This document shows, in pieces, positions 57,834-64,000 of a DNA stretch of 64,000 nucleotides (positions within the stretch are counted from its first letter, which is position 1; every line of letters starts with the position of its first letter). The notes beneath the pieces are model-generated. The model did not search any database. It saw only the letters and a program-made list of their open reading frames with translations, and was not told the DNA's origin. The DNA comes from Candidatus Pacearchaeota archaeon (lineage in GTDB: Archaea; Nanobdellota; Nanobdellia; Pacearchaeales; GW2011-AR1): assembly GCA_018303755.1 (NCBI GenBank), contig JAGVXO010000007.1, positions 295 through 64,294 on the forward strand, read 5' to 3'. The position numbers and the translations under genes are program-made.

Positions 57834-60800
57834 ATGGCTAAGGATAAAGAAGAGGAAGTTAAAGAAGCGGTTTCTGATGAAGGCAAAGGATTAAATGACT
57901 TGCCTGGAATAGGGCCTGCGGCAATTGCAAAGCTCGAGGCAGCAGGGGTATTTGATTTAATGGGTGTTGCAACAATGAGCCCGCCAATGCTTTCTGAAAT
58001 AAGCGGACTTGGAGAAGCAGTTGCAAGAAAGGCAATTCAGGCATCAAGAAAAATGCTTGATTTGGGATTTATGGACGCTTCTGAATTTGAGAAAAAACGC
58101 CTTGATATTCATCACATTACAACTGGCTCAAAAAATATTGATAATCTTCTTGGTGGAAAGGGAGTTGAGAGCAAGGCGATAACTGAACTATTTGGTGCTT
58201 TTGGCAGCGGGAAATGTGTGAGTAAAGATACAGAGGTTTGTTATTTTAATGATACAAGGATGCATGTTGAACAGATACAAGAAACTTATGAAAAATATAA
58301 AAAATTCAATGAAGAGTGTTTAGTTGATAGGGGTTATGCTGTGCCTGTTTCAACTGTAAAAGTATTGTCTTGGCATAATGGAATTTTAAGTGTTTTGAAA
58401 GCTTCCCACTTATATAAAGAAAAAGTTAATCAATTGTATATTATTAAAACAAGAAGAGGTAGAGTTCTTAAAACAACAGGAATGCATCAGATACTTAGTT
58501 TTGAAAATGGTGTTGCTTGGAAAAGAGTAGGATTGTTGAGCAAAGGAGATTTGATTGCCTCTCCAAAAGAAATTAGCATGATAACGGAAAATATTTATGA
58601 TGAAGATGACGCTTATTTTTTGGGATTATTTGTTGCAGAAGGCAGTTCAAATCCATTTTCAATTTCAATAAGTGAAAAAGAAATTAAAGATTGGTTGTGC
58701 AATTATATAACCAATAAATTTGGCTATTCTCCGACAGTCAGAGAAGACAGAAGACGAGAAAAAATTGTTTATCAAATACTATTAAGAAACAGCACAAAAA
58801 GAATTATGGACAATCTGGATAATTGCAATTCTTCCAATAAATTTATACCTGAAGGCATTTTTCTTTCATCAAAAGAAGTTGTTTTGTCATTTTTAGGGGG
58901 ATATTTAGATGGTGATGGTGAAGTTTCAAAAAGCGATATTTCTGCAACTACAAAAAGTATTAAACTTGCAACTCAATTGACTTATCTTTTTATGAGAATT
59001 GGAGTTTCTGCAAGTTTAAGAAATAGATTTGTTAATGGACAATTGTTTAAAATTATTCGGATTTCTGGAGAAGATAGAGAAAGGATGAAAGATGTGAAAT
59101 TTAAAATAAAAAGCTTTAATCCTAATATCTTAAATAGTTTTTATGGATATCCTAAAAAGATTATCGAGTTTATTTCTGATTTATACAAAGAAAGTATTGG
59201 GGGAAATAGAGGAAGGTTAAGAAAAGAATTTGGAAAAATAAGCGGCGGTTATGAACATAGGATTTTTACAAATTCCTCAACTCCATTTGTTATCAATACT
59301 AATACTCTAAATAAAATTGAGAAGGTTTTTATCAAACAGAAAGAAGAGTTTATTAAAATTATAAAATTATTAGAAGAAGAAAAATTTTCCACAGCATTCT
59401 TAAAAGAGATTTATCCAAAAATGCCCTTTGCTTTTAATAGTTTGGCTGAAAATATGGGGCTGAAGAAAAGCAGCATTCAAAATTATTACAGCAGAAAAAT
59501 TCCTGAAAATAAATCAGAGATTTTAAGAAATTTGATTTTAAATGAATTAAAAACAAGAGTCGATGTTATCTGTTTGGCTTTAGAAATGATTAGCGAGATA
59601 AGACTGTTTAATTGGGATGTTGTTGAAAGTATTGAGTTGGTGGATTATAATGATTTTGTGTATGATTTTGTTGTTCCAGAAGGGCATTCGTTTGTCGGAG
59701 GAAATATGCCTACAATGATGCATAATACTCAAATTGCACTTTCTCTTGCAGTTAATGTTCAGCTTCCTAAAGAAAACGGAGGAGCAAATGGAAAAGCAGT
59801 TTATATTGATACAGAAGGCACTTTTAGGCCAGAGAGAGTCAAGCAGTATGCTGCAGGAATCGGTGCAAATCCTGAAAAAGTGCTGAAAAATATCTTCGTA
59901 GCTCGCGCGTTTAATTCAGATCACCAGATTTTGCTTCTTGAAAAAATAAATGAAATGATTAAAGGTGGCGAACCTATTAAACTGCTGATTGTTGATTCTC
60001 TTACAGCGCATTTTAGGGCAGAGTATTCTGGAAGAGGACAGCTTGCAGACAGGCAGCAGAGATTAAATAGATATCTTCATGACTTAATGAAATTAGCAGA
60101 GCAGAGAAATCTTGCTGTGCTTGTTACAAATCAGGTTATGTCAAATCCTGCAATGATGTTTGGAGATCCAACAACTCCTATTGGCGGGAATATAGTCGGG
60201 CACGCATGTCTGACTGGAGACAGCTTAATTCAGCTTTCTGATGGAAGCATAAAACAAATTAAAACTATGCAACAAGAAAATGTGCTTTCAGGCAGTTTTA
60301 AAAATTTAAAAATTGAAAATGCTAAAAGTGAGAACTTGTTTATTAATAATAAAGTTGATAAGCTTTATAATATTAAGACAGATTGCCAGATTAATTGTTC
60401 TTCATTACACAGATTTTTTGCAATTGAAGATTTTAATGTTATTGAAAAAGAAGCTAAAGATTTAAAAGAAGGGGATTTTGTTGCGCAAGCAGGGAAAATT
60501 GAAGTGATTGGTGATGAACAAAAATTGCCTTTAGTCCATATCAAAAAAATAGCGAAACTCTCTGATGATTCTTCAAAACACTTAAAATTAGAGCTTGAAA
60601 AGGAAAATTCAACAAAAGAGGAAATTTGCAAAAAAATTGGCATAACAAAAAGGCAATTTAGAAGAGTTTTAAATCAGAGTTGGCCTACTTCTTGCGATGT
60701 TTTAAATAATCTGCAGGAGCATTTTTCTGGAAGATTGCAACTTCAAATGATTCCTGTTCAGACATATAAACATAGAGATTTAATAATTCCTGCTATGATG

Positions 60801-61832
60801 ACCACAGAATTTTCACAGATTTGTGGATATTTTATCGGAGATGGAAATTTTGAAGCAAGAGGGTTAAGATTTAAAGATGAGAGAATTGAAATTTTACAAA
60901 GTTATAATTCTTTATTTAAGGATATTTTTAATATAGTAGGAAGTATTACAAAGGTTAAAAATAAAAACTGCTATACTTTATATATTAATTCAAAAGAAAT
61001 TTCTGATTTCTTTAGACTTATTATCCCCGATGTTTTAGGCTATGTTGCAAAATCTAAAGATGAGGTAGTTGCAGGATTTATTAAGGGGTTTGTTGATGCT
61101 GAAGGGCACATTAACAAAGAAAGAGCGATGATAACTATTACTCAAAAGGAAAAAATGATCCTAAGGCATATTCAGATGTTTTTACTAAGGTTTGGTATAA
61201 GAGCAACTATTAAGTTTGATATTGGAATGAAGAAGATGAGCATTTTGAGGATTATTGGAAAGGATTGTTTGGATTATCTTCAGATTGGATTTACAGCTCA
61301 AGATAAACAGAAAGAGTTATTTAATTATAAGAGGCATTATTTGCGAACTTATTATAAAGAAATGATGCCTATGCAAAGAGAAGAGATTTGGAATTTATTA
61401 AAACAAGTTGGATTAAAATCCTCGCATTTTATGAAGCCAAGAGATAATAGTTATAAATGGGTAAATAGGAAGGAATTAGAAACGTGTTTTAAAGTTTTAA
61501 TGAATCAAAAAATAAATGACAGACAGATAAAACAAAAAATTGAGTTTATTTTTAAATTGATGAACGGCGATTTAAGGTTTGAAAAAATAAGAGAAATTAA
61601 AATTTCTGATAATATTAATAAAGAGTTGTTTTATGATTTCTCTGTTCCTTCTCATGAAAATTATATTGCTAACGGGTTTGTTGTGCATAATTCGACTTAC
61701 AGAATTTATCTTCGGAGAGGGAAGAAAGACACAAGGGTTGCAAAACTTATTGATTCTCCAAATCTTCCTGACAATGAAACTGTATTCATGGTTACAACTG
61801 ATGGATTAAAAGATGTTGTGCTGAAAGAGTAA
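57834..61832 (+). CDS. radA: DNA repair/recombination protein RadA with two inteins (333 aa after splicing)
   Basis: DLPGIGP HhH, GAFGSGK|T, YIDTEGTFRPER, VDSLTAHFRAEY.GRG.LA.RQQ, TNQV, RVAKLIDSP. Confidence 0.96.
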   Translation: MAKDKEEEVKEAVSDEGKGLNDLPGIGPAAIAKLEAAGVFDLMGVATMSPPMLSEISGLGEAVARKAIQASRKMLDLGFMDASEFEKKRLDIHHITTGSKNIDNLLGGKGVESKAITELFGAFGSGKCVSKDTEVCYFNDTRMHVEQIQETYEKYKKFNEECLVDRGYAVPVSTVKVLSWHNGILSVLKASHLYKEKVNQLYIIKTRRGRVLKTTGMHQILSFENGVAWKRVGLLSKGDLIASPKEISMITENIYDEDDAYFLGLFVAEGSSNPFSISISEKEIKDWLCNYITNKFGYSPTVREDRRREKIVYQILLRNSTKRIMDNLDNCNSSNKFIPEGIFLSSKEVVLSFLGGYLDGDGEVSKSDISATTKSIKLATQLTYLFMRIGVSASLRNRFVNGQLFKIIRISGEDRERMKDVKFKIKSFNPNILNSFYGYPKKIIEFISDLYKESIGGNRGRLRKEFGKISGGYEHRIFTNSSTPFVINTNTLNKIEKVFIKQKEEFIKIIKLLEEEKFSTAFLKEIYPKMPFAFNSLAENMGLKKSSIQNYYSRKIPENKSEILRNLILNELKTRVDVICLALEMISEIRLFNWDVVESIELVDYNDFVYDFVVPEGHSFVGGNMPTMMHNTQIALSLAVNVQLPKENGGANGKAVYIDTEGTFRPERVKQYAAGIGANPEKVLKNIFVARAFNSDHQILLLEKINEMIKGGEPIKLLIVDSLTAHFRAEYSGRGQLADRQQRLNRYLHDLMKLAEQRNLAVLVTNQVMSNPAMMFGDPTTPIGGNIVGHACLTGDSLIQLSDGSIKQIKTMQQENVLSGSFKNLKIENAKSENLFINNKVDKLYNIKTDCQINCSSLHRFFAIEDFNVIEKEAKDLKEGDFVAQAGKIEVIGDEQKLPLVHIKKIAKLSDDSSKHLKLELEKENSTKEEICKKIGITKRQFRRVLNQSWPTSCDVLNNLQEHFSGRLQLQMIPVQTYKHRDLIIPAMMTTEFSQICGYFIGDGNFEARGLRFKDERIEILQSYNSLFKDIFNIVGSITKVKNKNCYTLYINSKEISDFFRLIIPDVLGYVAKSKDEVVAGFIKGFVDAEGHINKERAMITITQKEKMILRHIQMFLLRFGIRATIKFDIGMKKMSILRIIGKDCLDYLQIGFTAQDKQKELFNYKRHYLRTYYKEMMPMQREEIWNLLKQVGLKSSHFMKPRDNSYKWVNRKELETCFKVLMNQKINDRQIKQKIEFIFKLMNGDLRFEKIREIKISDNINKELFYDFSVPSHENYIANGFVVHNSTYRIYLRRGKKDTRVAKLIDSPNLPDNETVFMVTTDGLKDVVLKE
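58215..59726 (+). mobile_element. RadA intein 1 (504 aa, LAGLIDADG) in the Walker A motif
   Basis: GSGK|CVSKDT...LGLFVAEG...LGGYLDGDG...VYDFVVP...MHN|TQ. Confidence 0.93.
60207..61691 (+). mobile_element. RadA intein 2 (495 aa, HTH plus LAGLIDADG)
   Basis: VGHA|CLTGDS...CGYFIGDG...IKGFVDAEG...FYDFSVP...VHN|STYRIY. Confidence 0.93.
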
Positions 61833-62041
61833 AATGGATTTTCAAAAGGGAGTTTAATTACAACAAGTGTAATTGCTTTTTCAATTTCTTTAGGGTGTTA
61901 ATTACTTTGCTTGGATTTATCAATTCAATGAAAGAAGCTCATTTTTGAAAATAATTTTTTTATGTTTTTTATATGATATTTAAACTAACATCTTAATTCA
62001 ACAATCTTTTTATACGCGCTTAATTTCCCAATTAGGTTAAA

Positions 62042-63247
62042 ATGATAATCGTTGATTTGCATCTGCATTCAAAACATTCAAGGGCGACTTCCAAGAATCT
62101 TAGTTTTGAAAATCTTGTGAAATATGCACGGATTAAAGGAATTGATGTTTTGGGAACAGGAGATTTTACGCATCCAGAGCATTTCAAAGACATTAAAAAA
62201 TTAAAAGAGAAGAACAGTATTTATTATTGCAAGGATTTTCCATTTATCATAACAGGAGAAGTTTCTTTGATATATCACCAGGGAAGCAGTCGGAGAGTTC
62301 ATTTATTGATACTTGTTCCAGATATTGCAACTGCTGAAAAAATAAATGCTTATCTTGATACACTTGGAAGACGGGATTATGACGGCAGGCCGATATTCGG
62401 AATTTCGTGCATTGAATTCACGAAAAAAATGATGGAGATTTCAAGGGATATTGAAATAATTCCGGCGCATTGCTGGACCCCCTGGTTTGGAGTTTTTGGA
62501 AGCAAGTCAGGATTTAATTCCCTGAAAGAGGCATTTGGCGAACAGATAAGGAATATTCATGCAATTGAGACCGGACTGAGTTCAGATCCACCAATGAACT
62601 GGAGAATCTCAGAGCTTGATAATTTTGCAATATTAAGTTTTTCAGATTCTCATAGCTACTGGCCTTGGCGCCTGGGAAGGGAAGCAACTTTATTTGAGAT
62701 TAATAAAAAAGATATTTCTTATAAAAAAATAATTGATGCAATAAGAGAAAATAAAATTATGGGAACAATTGAAGTTGATCCTGCATATGGGATGTATCAT
62801 TTTGACGGACACAGGAACTGCAATTTTTCATGCTCTCCTGAAAAAACAAAAGAACTTAATAGAATATGCCCTGTTTGCAAAGAGTTATTAACTATCGGAG
62901 TAGATTATAGAGTAGGAGAGCTTGCAGAAAGAAAAGAGGGATTTATTCCTGAAAATGCAAAAAAATTTTATAAGGTGCTTCCTCTTCAGGAGATTATATG
63001 CCTTTATACTGGGAAAGGAATATCTTCAAAAGAAAACTGGGAGATTTATAATTCCATTATTGATAAATTCAGAACAGAATTTAATGTTTTGCTTGATGTT
63101 TCTTTGAATGATTTTCTATCAGCAGAGATTAATGAAAAACTTGCGCATCTGATAATAAAGAACAGGGAAGGAAAAATAAAAGTAAAGCCAGGATTTGACG
63201 GGGTTTATGGAGAGGCGGTTGTTGAAGAGCAGAAAAAGCTGTTTTAA
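62042..63247 (+). CDS. endonuclease Q family (PHP domain plus Zn finger)
   Basis: DLHLHSKHSRATS, GTGDFTHP, PAHCWTPW, SDSHS, YHFDGHRNC..CPVC, PGFDGVYG. Confidence 0.9.
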   Translation: MIIVDLHLHSKHSRATSKNLSFENLVKYARIKGIDVLGTGDFTHPEHFKDIKKLKEKNSIYYCKDFPFIITGEVSLIYHQGSSRRVHLLILVPDIATAEKINAYLDTLGRRDYDGRPIFGISCIEFTKKMMEISRDIEIIPAHCWTPWFGVFGSKSGFNSLKEAFGEQIRNIHAIETGLSSDPPMNWRISELDNFAILSFSDSHSYWPWRLGREATLFEINKKDISYKKIIDAIRENKIMGTIEVDPAYGMYHFDGHRNCNFSCSPEKTKELNRICPVCKELLTIGVDYRVGELAERKEGFIPENAKKFYKVLPLQEIICLYTGKGISSKENWEIYNSIIDKFRTEFNVLLDVSLNDFLSAEINEKLAHLIIKNREGKIKVKPGFDGVYGEAVVEEQKKLF

Positions 63248-63248
63248 A

Positions 63249-63560
63249 ATGGTTGAGAAACTTTTGCATAAACTTGAAAGATTATTTTTAATGGACGAGG
63301 TTTTAGTTGATTCTGATGGAAATGAGGCTGCTGCATTTTTTGAAGGATTAGCTTCTATAAGAGCAAAGAACGAAGAGGAAATTGAAAATATTTTTAATGA
63401 ATTGGTTGGAAAGGAGTTTGAAGGATGTTTCAAAATAAGCACAAATTATGCAATACTTCTGGGAATTCCTGAAAGAGCAGACGCTTATGCAATTGGAAAA
63501 GGAACTGAATTTTTCAGCAGGCATAATTTATATCCTGTTGCTTACTGCAGAATTCTTTGA
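63249..63560 (+). CDS. hypothetical protein
   Basis: ORF directly after EndoQ. Confidence 0.45.
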   Translation: MVEKLLHKLERLFLMDEVLVDSDGNEAAAFFEGLASIRAKNEEEIENIFNELVGKEFEGCFKISTNYAILLGIPERADAYAIGKGTEFFSRHNLYPVAYCRIL

Positions 63561-63653
63561 GAATATTAATTTAATTCTTAGATTAAATATTTATTTAATC
63601 TCTTGATTATTTTATTGCGGGGTTGTTTAGAGATTGTGCAAATATTTTGATGT

Positions 63654-63863
63654 TCATTTATTCCATCTTTTATCTAATTTATTGTCCCAATCTTTTTTGA
63701 GCGATTTTTCAGATGCGAGCATTGTCATAATTCCCTCTTTATTCAAATTTTTCATAAATTTCTCCCTGAATTTATATCCTGCGTCTTTTGTTTCTGAGGC
63801 GCATTTGAGGCATTTTTTCTCCATTGTGTATGCATTGCACTTTGCGCATTTTTTCAAGTTCAT
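63654..63863 (-). CDS. Nop10-like Zn-ribbon protein with an antitoxin-like C-terminal tail
   Basis: LKKCAKCNAYTMEKKCLKCASET...YKF, then TMLASEKSLKKDW...W. Confidence 0.6.
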   Translation of the reverse strand: MNLKKCAKCNAYTMEKKCLKCASETKDAGYKFREKFMKNLNKEGIMTMLASEKSLKKDWDNKLDKRWNK

Positions 63864-63925
63864 TTTAATAATAAATTATTTTAATGTATTTAAATTTGTT
63901 TGGAAAGATATGCGAATAAATTCTT

Positions 63926-64000
63926 TTGCTAACACTCCAAATTTCCTTATTTTAAATTTGTTTCTTGGTGTTTTTTATCTTTAATATTTTAAAGTACAAT
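63926..64000 (+). repeat. family A repeat, left block (cut by the window end)
   Basis: GCTAACACTCCAAATTTCCTTATTTTAAATTTGTTTCTTGGTGTTTT. Confidence 0.7.

Overview
AT-rich archaeal chromosome segment. Gene content and style point to a DPANN archaeon, probably Pacearchaeota/Woesearchaeota-type (inference). Core genes: tyrS, a DRG-like GTPase, an M16 peptidase, thpR, a split Hef (intein-bearing helicase plus separate ERCC4 nuclease), a PRC-barrel protein, EF-1beta, an RPA-like protein, RadA with two inteins, EndoQ and a Nop10-like protein. The centre holds a type IV pilus/Tad-like locus: ATPase, TadC-like platform, about 9 class III signal-peptide proteins and an A24 peptidase. Around it lie eight related polytopic membrane proteins, four nucleotidyltransferase TA-like pairs, TA remnants, an IS630 and an ArsR cassette. 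The most striking unexplained signal is non-coding. A ~140-250 bp modular repeat (called family A here) occurs about 18 times in the larger intergenic gaps. It ends in GC-rich hairpins built from GNA triloops and tandem G.A pairs, which can fold on only one DNA strand. These repeats flank accessory genes inserted into core operons. One TA module sits between two such hairpin arms, two secreted-protein genes share a repeat-linked promoter block with a poly-C tract, and a ~125 bp IS200/IS605-like non-autonomous element (family B) is nested in family A twice. No rRNA, tRNA or CRISPR array was recognised. All family calls come from motif recognition by eye, and repeat boundaries are approximate.
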